In this document: piece by piece, positions 52,747-64,000 of the stretch
Layout: each line of letters begins with the position of its first letter
Position numbering within the stretch: the first letter of the stretch is position 1
NCBI RefSeq assembly: GCF_000143415.4
Contig: NW_003314263.1
Location: 1,546,596-1,610,595, forward strand
Length of the DNA stretch: 64,000 nucleotides
Direction: 5' to 3'
DNA from: Selaginella moellendorffii
Taxonomy: Eukaryota > Plantae > Lycopodiophyta
Program-made: the position numbers and the translations under genes
Notes under the pieces: generated by a model
Seen by the model: the letters and a program-made list of their open reading frames with translations, nothing else
Told to the model about the DNA's origin: nothing
The model's database searches: none

Positions 52747-54008
52747 TGCAATAAGCAGAAAAATTTTAAATATATAATTAAGTTATTTTATAAATTATAA
52801 GCTTGCTTATAATTTATAAACTTTTTTAAACACCTTATCTAAAGATTTTAAGGTTAAGGATTTAACCTTAAAATCCTTAAGACGTGCCTTTTAGGGTTCT
52901 AGAATATGCCAAGACTATGTGTCTTGATAGACTAGATGTTTTTTTTTCTGTGATGTTAAAAGCTTAAAACATAAGGGTTTTGTGCCCACTATTAAATTAG
53001 TTAAGCACCACACTATTACATTATATTTTATAAATGTAGTTTAATTTAAAAGTAAGTTGTTCATATTAATGATAGAATTAATGTAGTTTTCCCTAATATC
53101 CTATTTAAGAATATTCTATAATGTTTCAAGAATTAAAATATTCATGGATAATTTATACGGATCTTAGCTAGAAACACCAAGAAAATCAATAGTTCTAGCT
53201 GAATTCTTAGTGGCAACACAAATTGGCAACTAGGTGCTTAATCAATTAATTTACCAAGTGGTAGGGAGTTGTGATGAAAGGATTTGCAGTGTGTTCTTAA
53301 GTGACAAACAGTGGCCAATCAACCTAAGTATAAATTAAAGTAGTTAATTTAATAGGCATATGAACCATTTATCATTAGTCTACTATCAAAATAATCTTCA
53401 TGATCCTTTAATATCAAATCTTTCAGACTCTTCCTCTCATATGCACCATATCACAATTACCTCTCATGTCACTGTTAATCCTTTTGATGCGGTGGTGTGT
53501 GTCTTTGATAGAGGATTATACATCCATTTCTGTGGTTTACAACCAACCACACTCATAAATCCTAACATTTGAAAATAATAGCATTAAAATTTTAAATTAG
53601 GCTAAAATCCTCTAATTTAAAAGGTTTAATTTAAACGTGAATTCAATAAAACCAAAATTCCATTTAAGATTGCATACTTATTATTTTAATTTCTTGAGAG
53701 ATAAATTCAATTTTGATCTGATGTTTGAATTGAAGAGCTTTCCAAGCACTGAGCTAAATCTTCACACTTTCATTCATATGGCCAATTGGTAAATATCCAG
53801 AACTGTCATATGGTTCAATATTGAATTAGGTAATTGAAGTCAACATATATTATGCAATAATTTAAAAAATAATTCATAATGGTTTAAATATAAAGAGAAA
53901 AGGCCTATGAACAAGAATACACCCCTTTTTTCATTAAATTAATTTTTTTTGAAATATTTAAAGTTTAGCATCTTTGGAAAGGTTAAAGTCAAAAGTTTAT
54001 TTATTAAA

Positions 54009-54260
54009 TATGAATTTGGTGTTTCGACAAGGATTTCTCCCTTTTTTTGGATCCTTTCTAAATGCAACAGCAGTTCAATTCTCTTGCAAGATTTACCACT
54101 ATAGGATTGATTTAAATCATAGCAATTTTTCTCTTGAATATGAATTTGGTGTTTAGACAAGGATTTCTCCCTTTTCTTGGATTCTTTCTAAATGTAACAG
54201 CAGTTTAAGTTTGTTCCCTTGTGAGATTACCACTATGGGATTGATTTGAGCCATAACAGC
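54009..54260. repeat. ~130-bp tandem duplication
   Basis: tatgaatttggtgttt...aaatg(c/t)aacagcagtt occurs at ~54009 and ~54139. Confidence 0.8.
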
Positions 54261-54799
54261 TTAAATGAGCTGCTTGATAATATGATTCCAAGTATAACAA
54301 AGAAAGAAAAAAAGTCAACGTTAAACAATGCCATTTGTATTGATGGCGCCAAAGCTGATAAGATTTTTTATAGGCTTTTTCATTGAGAATGATTAAAAAA
54401 AGCTGTCTTTGTTATTTTCTGTTATACGAATCAGTATAGAATATTCTTTATTGTGCCTTTTCTATTTAATTTTACTGAAATAAAATGAATTTTGACCTGA
54501 TATATTTATAATTGTTAAAAAGTATCATTAACTGTATGGTGAATTCTGTGAAATTATACTCAAAGTAATGTTTACAAGTACATCATGGGTAATGTGCACT
54601 TGTAAACATCTCCCTAAGTCACAATATAACTAGTTGTGATCTGGCACACAACCCAAGATTGCAGAACCAGAGTTAAAAGTATTATGTAAATGTGCTGGAG
54701 AGCAACCTTGCTGGACGGATATAACAAGTTTCATTCAGAGTAGATTTCCATCATCCTAGTAGTGACATTCCCTTTATTTCTAAATAGTAGCTAATTACG

Positions 54800-55040
54800 C
54801 AATGCATGCAGGCGTTGCCCAGCAGCAGATATAAACAGATGCAACCTTGAAATTGTAGCTCGTTCAAAAAAAATGGCGAAAATGCTTGTTCTTCCTTCCT
54901 CTCCGTTTGGCAGCCGATGCATCTCGCAACACTCAGCGTACGTATTGCACTTTCAAGATTCTTGCTCTCTAATGTGTGGAATCCATGTGTAGCGATTGAG
55001 AATTACAATGTCATTGTAGAGGGACCTCGTGAAGGCAGCC
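54800..55040 (+). pseudogene. 5'-end fragment paralogous to the Cys-rich peptide gene at 58017
   Basis: Shares the promoter (CATGCA, TATA), the signal exon (gat g.atctcgcaacactcag) and exon 2 (attgtagagggNcctcgtgaagg). The Cys-rich exon is missing. Confidence 0.7.
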
Positions 55041-55099
55041 AGGCTGGCCCTGGTCTCAACAACGTTGTCACCCAGCAGCTCCCAATATGTGTAAGACAA

Positions 55100-57690
55100 T
55101 AATCATCTTGCACCACCTTTGCCTTTGCTCGCAGGCTTGCCACCTTTGCCTTTGTTCGCAGGCTGCCAACCTTTGAATCATGAATCCTTCTTCATGCGAC
55201 GATCCACCCCTTTGCCACCCTTGACCCTCACGCCTTTCTTCACCACAACGACGCTGTCGCCACCGCTTTCTTGTCCATCATCCTGTTCTTGGACTTGTTC
55301 GAGATGTTGGATCGGCAATCGCCGCCGCTTTGCTCCGTGCTTGCTCCATTTTCTTCATCACCCTCCGCTTCTTGCGAGCCTCCTTGCGTCTATCGCTCTA
55401 AACTGCGTCCTCATCGCCTGGTCATCTTCCTTGGTGAATGGCTTCTGAACCTTGCAGTGCCGCTTCTCGTCGTCGAACATGTACTAGTTGTACGCGTCGT
55501 CGATGATCCTGTCCCTGTCCTTCTTCCGCAGCATCTTCATAAGTGAGGATCTCTAGTCCTCCTCTTCGTCCGAGGAAGAGTCGAACGAACCACTCGGCTC
55601 GGCTGCTACAACCTCGAAGTCTTCCCGTGCTCTCTTGAGCTTTCCTGGCGCAACCGTGACATCGGTCAGAGAAGCGTCCTTGTGTTGGTATCCGTCTCCT
55701 AGGTTTGATCTAAACTGGCGAAGATGTCTTGACTGAACCATTGCTGTGCAATCTGTTCCTTCGAGAGCTTGGCCTTGGGGAGCGACACGATGAGAGGATT
55801 GGCGTCCTCCTCCTCTTCTTCTCAGAAGCATTCTCTTCCACGTCCTCCTAAGATATTGTCAGCTGCTTGCAAGTTCTAACACTTTCATTTGGCTTACCTC
55901 CCACAGCTTTTCGTCTCCTGCATTAGCCCTTCTTCCGCGTTTCCGCCGTGCAGTGTTGCTTTCAGTCTTGCTCTGGCAGCGTTCATATGCACGATCAAAG
56001 AAAGATTCCAGCTCGTCGATGCGTTAACACTTACAAGGCGTATTTCTTACCTTTCGCGCTCGACGTCAGAATCCACATCATTGTCTTCGTCATCCTTCCG
56101 CTCCATGTCCTGCTTACTCATTTTGTCCAACATGTCGTCATCCGCATCTTCGACCCGATCCAAGCTTTTCTTCGCCTGCATCCAACATGAGCTCATAGGC
56201 ATGACGAGAAAGCGGATAAACATACCTTGATTGAGCCAAAGAGAACAGATACCGCTCGCCATAAGTGACATCGACTTGCATCCCTGTTCTCTCATCAACA
56301 TACACCACCACCAAAAGATAGACAAACAATATGTACCTTCTGTTTACGCTTGGCAGCCTTCTTTTTCGCCTGCTTGCTTTTCGAATCCATTAGAGACTTG
56401 AGCTCCTCCATTTTCTTTAGCATATCCTCGTCTTCATCTTCTTCTTTTTCGTCGTCATCCTGTTCAGCAGCCTTATCACCCTCCGAAGCTGCCGTTTTCA
56501 AAAGAGCTTTTCGTACATGCAGGCACCACCTGAGAGAACCAAATGAGCATGAAAGACAACAGCAACGAGAAGTAAAACTTACTTCAAAAGTTGCTTGAAT
56601 TATTTCTTGCCCAGAAGTCTAAGATCTTCGCATAATGCCTCTACCTACAAGAAAAAAGTCCTCCGAATCAGAACAAGCAAATGTCAGTTGTTTCAGCGTG
56701 GTCTTTGATTGGCAAACTTTTCGGATCCTCAAACGAAATAGACGTAATGGTTTTTCGGACCAGATGAAGTCTGCTCTTTACGAAAAGTATCATCGTATCT
56801 GCAGAAAAAAGACATAAAACCAAGAGTCTATTTGGCGTGAGAACCCACCCCTCGCGGTGACGTTTCTGTTTACTACTACGAAGAACGTCGACCACCTACA
56901 CAATTTACTCGGCTTTAGCGCAAGCACCTTGTTTACAATAACAAAACCCACCTTTGGGGGCTGAGGAATCTCTTCAAATAAAAAGCGAGGGTCCAAGTTA
57001 CGCGGATCGATTTTCACGGGTGCCAGATACTTGAGACCAACCACGTATACTATGGGTTTCGTGACTTCCACCTTGGCCAAAAGCTACCAAAGGACACAAG
57101 AGGCAATGAATTATCACTCAGAAAACCATGCAAAAGCATACTTTAGCGCGTTATAATCTTGGGATCGGAAAACCTGCAAGAAAAAACCCAATTTTGGGAA
57201 TCACAGAAGAAGGAAAATTTCAAAAATGGAGGAAGAAAAAGAATTCTTCGTACCTTGGTGACAAACGTTCGGCTCCCGGGGGATGGATGCAGGTGGCCGT
57301 GGAGAAGATGCCCGTGAGGTCTGTGGTAATCGGCGTGGATCTGGTGCCGATTCGCCCAGTGAGAGGGGCGCTGTCGCTCCAGCGCTGTCGCTCCAGGGCG
57401 ATATCACCACTCCAAAATGCGCGTCGTATATTGGGAAGATTCTCGACCAGAATGGGTTGAGAATGGTCGATGTTGTGCTCCACGGTGGCTCCCCCAATGT
57501 GGGAGGTGCCTGGGCCAAAGAAGCCATGACGCAGTCGTCTCTTGTCCTGGATTCTTTGAAGTTGGCTACCAAGTTTCTGGCGCACAAATCCAGCAGGCAG
57601 TGCGCCGAGCTGAGGACGCCATACTTGCGATCGAGCTGCACGAGCTTGAATGCTGGGAGCAGCCCTGCTCCTTGGCGAGGTAGTAGACGA
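55100..57690 (-). pseudogene. SPB1: SPB1/FTSJ3 rRNA 2'-O-methyltransferase pseudogene with internal inversion
   Basis: [24 protein letters not shown]; inverted [29 protein letters not shown]; GTFVTK; KIDPRNLDP; KRHREG; C-terminal EARKKRR..VDRRMKKD. Many deletions and frameshifts. Confidence 0.9.
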
Positions 57691-57691
57691 C

Positions 57692-57715
57692 GAACCCTAA
57701 AACCCTAAACCCTAA
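57692..57715. promoter_or_regulatory. Telo-box cluster (AAACCCTA x3)
   Basis: aaccctaaaaccctaaaccctaa lies at the 5' end of SPB1. Telo-boxes are typical of plant ribosome-biogenesis and translation genes. Confidence 0.6.
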
Positions 57716-58016
57716 CAGATATTCTGGTGGATATTCGGGCGCTTTTAAAATGCGCTATTTACAAGGTCTTAAGACCGACGGATTATAATAAACTGCTTTG
57801 AAGACTTTTGTTTTGGATTCACATTCATAAAGTCTTCCCTTCTTGGTGATATAGTAGTTAGTTTAAGGCCTTCCAGTGAAATATGGCCCTATTAGGAATC
57901 TTAAGAATGCGTCATGTGGGGACACCCACGTGATGCATGCAGCCGTTCCCCTTTATAAGCAGATGCAAAACCTTGTATTGTCCAAGCATAATATTTCTGG
58001 TTTCAGTTCAAGGAGA

Positions 58017-58612
58017 ATGGCCAAAGTGTTTCTTCTTTCCCCCCTCCTCTTTGGCCTGCTGCTCTTCGTAGCTGATGGATCTCGCAACACTCAGAGTACT
58101 CTTGCAAAATCTCTTGCAAATCGTTTCTCTAACCTGTAGATATTGTTTTAGTGACTGACAAGGAAAGTGATGTGACTTACATTGTAGAGGGGCCTCGTGA
58201 AGGTAACGACATTGCTAATCTCAATATTGTCATCTGGAACACCCTAAAACATGGTAACTTAGATCATGTTATAATCCCTCTTGTTGTGATCATGGCTGTC
58301 CTTGTGATATTTATTACTGCTTCTCTGCTTTTGATGCTTGCAGGCCTCCAAGATACGTACTGCTGCCTGAGGAACGGCTTTGGATGTATTCAGGAGTGTG
58401 ACTCCAACATCACATACCACTGCTGCCTGAAGAATGCATTTGGATGCCTGCAGCTATGTGAGCCCAACGTCAAGTATTTCTGCTGCCTCAAGAATGGATT
58501 TGGCAGCTGTTTGCAGCTGTGCGACTCATCCAAGGAACACTACTGCTGCAAAAAGAACGGCTTTGGGAGCTGCACTGGAATGTGCCCCAAAAAGGTGAAC
58601 CTGATGAAGTGA
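58017..58612 (+). CDS. Secreted cysteine-rich peptide precursor with four CC-x6/7-C-x3-C repeats
   Basis: Exons 58017-58095, 58152-58202 and 58344-58612 splice in frame. Signal peptide MAKVFLLSPLLFGLLLFVADG; four CC(L/K)(R/K)N(G/A)FG(S)CxxxC units; upstream TATA. Confidence 0.85.
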
Positions 58613-58727
58613 TCTGCGTTTGATGCAACATCCTGGAAATTGCTGATATTTACAAGTTAAATAAAGCGCAAGACTTTTACTTTATTCAGCTCAGTATTGG
58701 GAGACAAGAAGAAATGGAAGTGCTATG

Positions 58728-60505
58728 TGTTAGAGGTAGAGATGAAGTAATTTCATGTATATGTACCATTCATATACAATTGATCTTCCTCCTTGTGCAC
58801 ATCTCTCTACTACTAACATGGTATTAGAGCAATTGGCTCCTTGATCCTGGGCATGGCACTTGCTGGCCAAGAGGCTAGTGACGAGAAGGAGGATGAGCCT
58901 CTTGATTGCAATCTTTTTTGCAATGCTTGAAGCTTTTGTTAGATGCGCTAGATGCTTGAGGTGTGGCATCAAGGCACCAGGCTGTGCAGAGGCACTGAGC
59001 AGCAAGCAGTAGCAAGCAAAGCATAAAGCCAATGGGAGATTGAGAAATTTCAACAACCCACATCAAGAATTGAATCAAATAAAATTCAAAAATATTGCAT
59101 AACAATTCTTTGTAGAAATTTTCAACAATTGGGAAAGATGTTTATGGAGATTCAAATGTTTAGAAGTGGGAGCCTAACAATTCACAGCCAAGACCATATG
59201 CTAGTGGCAAGATTAAAGCCATAGCAAGGAACAAAGAGTGTGGTGTTAGTCCTAGTCAAAGTCTAGGCTTCTGCCACGTGGCATGGGGGTAGTTGCTCTC
59301 ATTAGCGTCTCCTCTATCATTATCATGGTATCAGATTGTAGATCCTGATGGTTCACCATGCTAGGAGAGACCTGTGCTTTCTGATCAACAACTGTGGACT
59401 ACATAGAGTACTGCAGAACATGGCAAGCAGTAGTACTGCTGCCAGTGCATTGGAGCAGTGTTTAATCCCTTTGTACAAGGGAGATTTTGCAAATTGGGCT
59501 GCCCTCCTGACACTCATTTTCTTGCGTGATAATTGTGATGCAGGCAAAGAGCCCAAGGTGCTCCTGAATTAGTAGACTGGAAGCTGCACAAGCAAGCCCT
59601 ATCTACAATGGGTATTGGCCTAGGCGAGCAATATATTCATCTTCTTGATCTTGATAACAATACTCCCACAAATTGACCAATTTAACCCAGTTTCTTGGTG
59701 CTCAAACAATTGAACATGTGGTCAAGTTGAAGGGTGAGTTCTTCACTTTAAAGATGGATCCCCAATTATCTGTCGAGAAGTTTATCAATGACATTCTCTA
59801 CTATGAGAAGCACCTTCGAGATGCAAAGCAGCCTTTGACTAATGTGGACAAGTGAGCAGCCCTGATCAATGGCATTCTTGATATCAAGGAGTATGAGAGT
59901 CGTTTTAGAATCTTCAAGGCCAACTCACTTTTGCAATGTGCTCATCTCTCAAGGAAGAAGAACGCCAACAGCAGAAATTGAAGACCAAGACTAAATCCAC
60001 TACTTTTATTGCTCAAGGCTGATGTGTTGTGGTAATTTGCGACTGATTTTGGTGAATTTATCAATTCTCACACTTTTGGATCCAATGAGACTCCAACTTA
60101 CAGTTGTAGTGGGAGTTCCAACAATAATTCAAAGAAGAAGAAACGCAAGCCAGGTTGCTGTAATTATTGCAAGATCCCAGGCCATTATGCAAAAGAGTGT
60201 CGGAAGAAAGCCGCAGATATCGCTACTGGGAAATATGTACCTCCAGATGGTGCAGGTCCTGGTCGAGCATATGTGGCGAGCTCTACCTTTCGTGAGTCTA
60301 AGATTTTATGGCTTTGCTGCTTTTCATATCGTGCCATACAAGGAAGTTTATTTATCTTATGCCGAGATTCCTCCTGGAAAAATCGTTCGAGCTGCTGGGG
60401 CCAAGTTTTATGAAGCAAAAGGAGTTGGTTCCATACTTATTGAGCTGAAGAATGGTGTCACTCGCCAGATTGATCATGTTTACTATGTCCCAGAGATGCA
60501 GGAGA
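58728..60505 (+). mobile_element. Degenerate Ty1/copia element (LTR, PBS, gag, protease)
   Basis: LTR ~58728-59325 (TGTTAGAGG...CCTCTATCA). PBS TGGTATCAGA at 59326. Gag LKGEFFTLKM, knuckle CNYCKIPGHYAKEC, copia protease-type GVGSILI...HVYYVPEM. Contains stops. Confidence 0.8.
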
Positions 60506-60850
60506 NNNNNNNNNNNNNNNNNNNNNNNNNNNNNNNNNNNNNNNNNNNNNNNNNNNNNNNNNNNNNNNNNNNNNNNNNNNNNNNNNNNNNNNNNNNNNNN
60601 NNNNNNNNNNNNNNNNNNNNNNNNNNNNNNNNNNNNNNNNNNNNNNNNNNNNNNNNNNNNNNNNNNNNNNNNNNNNNNNNNNNNNNNNNNNNNNNNNNNN
60701 NNNNNNNNNNNNNNNNNNNNNNNNNNNNNNNNNNNNNNNNNNNNNNNNNNNNNNNNNNNNNNNNNNNNNNNNNNNNNNNATCATGGTATCAGATTGCAGA
60801 TCCTGATGGTTCACCATGCTAGGAGAGACCTGCGCTTTCTGATCAACAAC

Positions 60851-62045
60851 CGCCGACTACCGCGGATGGGTGGGATCTTGGGAAAAGCTTGCTTACTCGA
60901 ACCTGTGGGATCTCGTTCGAGACAGCTGAAGGATGCCTCTGCCCGGAGCTCAAGAACGGATCATCGTTCATGGAGTACGATGCAAGCCCGAAAAGGAACC
61001 TGGAAGGACTTGCGAGAACTCGCAACATTGCTCGAAGCCAAAGGACGATACTTCTACAAACCTCTAGATTAATCCAGTGCCTTCCACAACGTCACTCCAC
61101 CAGCGTGCATGGCCCTGTGCATGAAAAACTGTTCGTGCAAAGCAGTCTAAGCCAGGAGTACCTGTTTCCAGATAAATGAAGGTTTTGCTCTGAACTTGCA
61201 ACGTCGCCGATCAAGCTTTGCTGTTTTTGATTAAGTTGTACCAAGCTGGAGATCTTCCAAAGCGCTCACAGAACAAAGTAGCCAAGCAGCAGAAAAAGGC
61301 AAAGCCAGCCATCGTCATGGCTTTCTCTGTGGCAACTATGGGGTGATCTGAAAGAAACAGATAAACTCGTACCTCAAACACTACAAACCATCGTTTCCAT
61401 CCGGTGCTATGGACGTGGTGTGCGTCTTCACGTACCCGGAGCTCCACACTGCAACCAAAGCCTTCAGTAAGAAAATCGGAAGTGCAGGCTTTGGCACGGT
61501 TTTCGAAGGGATACGGATGGATCAAAGGTTGCCGTCAAACGGCTGGAGAGCTTCAAGGCGGAGGTGAGGGCGATCGGAAGCATCCATCACAACCTCAAAG
61601 GCTTTTGCTCCCAGGAATCACACCACTTCCTGGTCTATGAGTACGTAGCAAACGGATCACTAGACAAGTGGATCTACAAGTCGCAAGAAGAGCTCAACTG
61701 GGACACGAGATTCAGGATAGTCAAGGAGATTGCTCGAGAGATTGCTACCTCCATGAGGAATGCAGCACTGGAGTCCTCCACTTGGATATCAAGCCGCAAA
61801 ACATACTCCTGGACGTGGTGTCAAGATAGCAGACTGTCAAGGATGGTAGAGCAAGGAGATCTAAGCGATGTCATGACCATGATCTGAGGAACACCTGGAT
61901 ACATGGCTCCGGAATGGTTGTGAGTGACAAACTGGACGTCTACAGCTTTGGGATCCTTGTGCTTGAACTGGCTACTGGACTACAAGCTTTCCATATCTGT
62001 GTGTCTTGCAGGAGGAGCCCAAAGTTCCTAGTGGCATGAGCGTTG
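60851..62045 (+). pseudogene. S-domain (SD2-like) receptor kinase pseudogene
   Basis: Cys-rich PAN-like remnants, then FTYPEL..ATK.F, GFGTVF, VAVKRL, LVYEYVANGSLDKW, LHLDIKPQNILL, GTPGYMAPEWL and DVYSFG across frameshifts and stops. Confidence 0.8.
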
Positions 62046-62157
62046 AGAAGCTTGATCNNNNNNNNNNNNNNNNNNNNNNNNNNNNNNNNNNNNNNNNNNN
62101 NNNNNNNNNNNNNNNNNNNNNNNNNNNNNNNNNNNNNNNNNNNNNNNNNNNNNNNNN

Positions 62158-64000
62158 ATGGTCGATGCTCCCAATCCAAATATGAGTGGCACTACCTACT
62201 TGGATACCTAACATGGCTCATTGGAACCTCACTCTAGCCATATGGCTAGAGCACCTAAAGGTGGAAGATGGGAAAGTACTCATGAGGTTTGCGTAGGGCT
62301 ACGGTATTTTGAAATGTCATCCCAAAGTCCCAAATTGTGGAAAGGAAGAAAAGCAATCCTCTGGTATAATGACTAAGGATAGAGTCACATGGTGAGGAAA
62401 TCCCAAAGGATAGTAGAACTATGTGGTTGGGGCTTTGGGCCTTGACCCAATGGCGGTGTTGGCAAGCATAATTGTGAATGAAAAAGGACTTAGTGGGGAT
62501 AGAAGAAAGGACATTGGGGAAGGGTGTTCCCTATGTATGTAAACATCCTAAGGGTGCTAAGGTGTGGTCAAGGGATGACCACTCATGGATAGATGGCCTA
62601 GTCTTTAAGAGACGGAATTGTGATGCAAATGGTCTTGGACTACTAATATGACAATTGTGAATGGGCATAGCCTTAACATAATGGGCTGATATGATAGTGG
62701 CACCTTTGGGTGTCGGTCATTGGATCGGACACGTAGAGCACTTGGACCAAGTGTAAAGGCTAAGTGGCATAAATGCCATTCATAGAGCTAGCATGTCCCA
62801 AATTAGGAATAAAACTTATAGAGGTTGTGAGTAATATTCCTCGAAGTGGTCAAAGGTGGGGTTAAGTGACTAAAGTAAAATAAAAAATTTAATTGCTTGC
62901 AACTTGGTATTGGAGTTGTTATTTAGTCTGACTCTTATTACTGGTCAAGTATATCACCACTTGATATTAGCGTCAGAAGGTCCTAAGAGTGGGTCTACCT
63001 CAAAGAGTAGCATGTTGAGAGGGTGTGACTCTCCACTTTAGTTTATATGTAAACATGTTGGCAATGTGGTGGATAGAAAGGGGCCAATAAGGGAATGACT
63101 TTGGGATTTTAGGAACAATAAAAAGTTTTCCTTAGAGAGTTGAGGATGTAATTTATATAAGTGTTTAACTTAGAAAATTGGCTCGGGAATAATGGAAACT
63201 TTTGGATGATAAAGGAGTCATAATTTTATCCTCATATAATTAAGGATAGTGCTCAAGAATTTGAGACTGAAGTTAGTGATTGTAAAAGGTCAAATACGGA
63301 TAAAGACACAAGTCCTTGAAATGGTAACCAAGGCTACTTTTAATAAATGTTGGAACAACCCAAGGAATTAGAGGTGTACATAGAGGATGAGTTGGTAATC
63401 TCATTATATGAATAGATAATCCTAAGGGGTAAAGGTAGTTCGTATGGAACAAAAAATAATCAGGTGTCAGAGTAACACTTACAAAGATCATTTTTATGAA
63501 TAAAACATGAATACAAAAAGTTGTATTCTAGTAAGTTAACACTTCAAAGGTAGAACTTTATGGGTTCTTGTATTAACAAAGTCCAAAAGATAGATGATTC
63601 AAATGGAATTAAGGAATGGTTTTACAGGATTTGTGGAAGTATTTGGATCGAGGTATGTTGTACCCTATGAAAAATGGGGAAGATTATAAGATTCAAGTAT
63701 GAGAATAATAGGTATATAATTGATAGTAAAATATGTTATACTAAAGTCGTAGGAAAGGTGTACCCAAAAGAAAACAAATTTGGCACAAAGTTGTATGTGA
63801 ACACTATGTTCAAGTGCTAACTTATAATTGGCATACAAAAACAATTATTATTATCTTGACCAAGACTTAGACATAAGTGGGAAGTGTCATAAGAGTACAC
63901 TCGTAGAGCCGATAGCATGGAGACACTACATGTGTCCAGATGTGATGCCTTGAGGTCAAATTAGTAGGTCCCTGAGAACTTTTAACCAAAGGAATCCCAA
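62158..64000 (+). mobile_element. Old family-X element: 3' part of LTR, PBS and internal region
   Basis: Homologous to the X LTR up to ~62901. Degenerate PBS TGGTATTGGAG at 62905. The internal region matches the reverse complement of ~20500-21600. Confidence 0.85.

Noticed and set aside
57692-57715. Interstitial telomere or chromosome-fusion scar
   Set aside because: Only three imperfect units at a gene 5' end, consistent with telo-boxes.

Overview
Eukaryotic land-plant genomic DNA. The very short 45-60 nt introns, compact genes and Sanger-type N gaps suggest a lycophyte such as Selaginella, but this is inference. Bases 1-34.8 kb are a nested LTR-retroelement cluster that resolves through 5-bp target-site duplications (TSDs). 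It contains two copies of a chromodomain Ty3/gypsy element (A, 12320-20314, minus strand, near intact; B, 23704-33107, plus strand, decayed), a related non-coding large-LTR family (X; full-length, deleted and solo copies), 5S-rRNA-bearing Cassandra TRIM sequences and a second TRIM. Bases 36.7-50.4 kb form a gene island: UIM-bearing Ulp1 SUMO protease, DCL/DUF3223 protein, class III peroxidase, 2xLysM plus i-type lysozyme, an unknown protein and a PSK-like peptide precursor, with a full Cassandra among them. Bases 54.8-64 kb hold a rearranged SPB1 pseudogene, a four-repeat Cys-rich secreted peptide gene, a copia remnant, an RLK pseudogene and another X copy. Highlights: (1) short GT-AG introns inside the gypsy integrase, whose removal restores canonical motifs; (2) a Cassandra unit recombined precisely at the PBS of the autonomous chromovirus, pointing to its mobilising partner; (3) a spliced plant gene for a LysM-fused invertebrate-type lysozyme.
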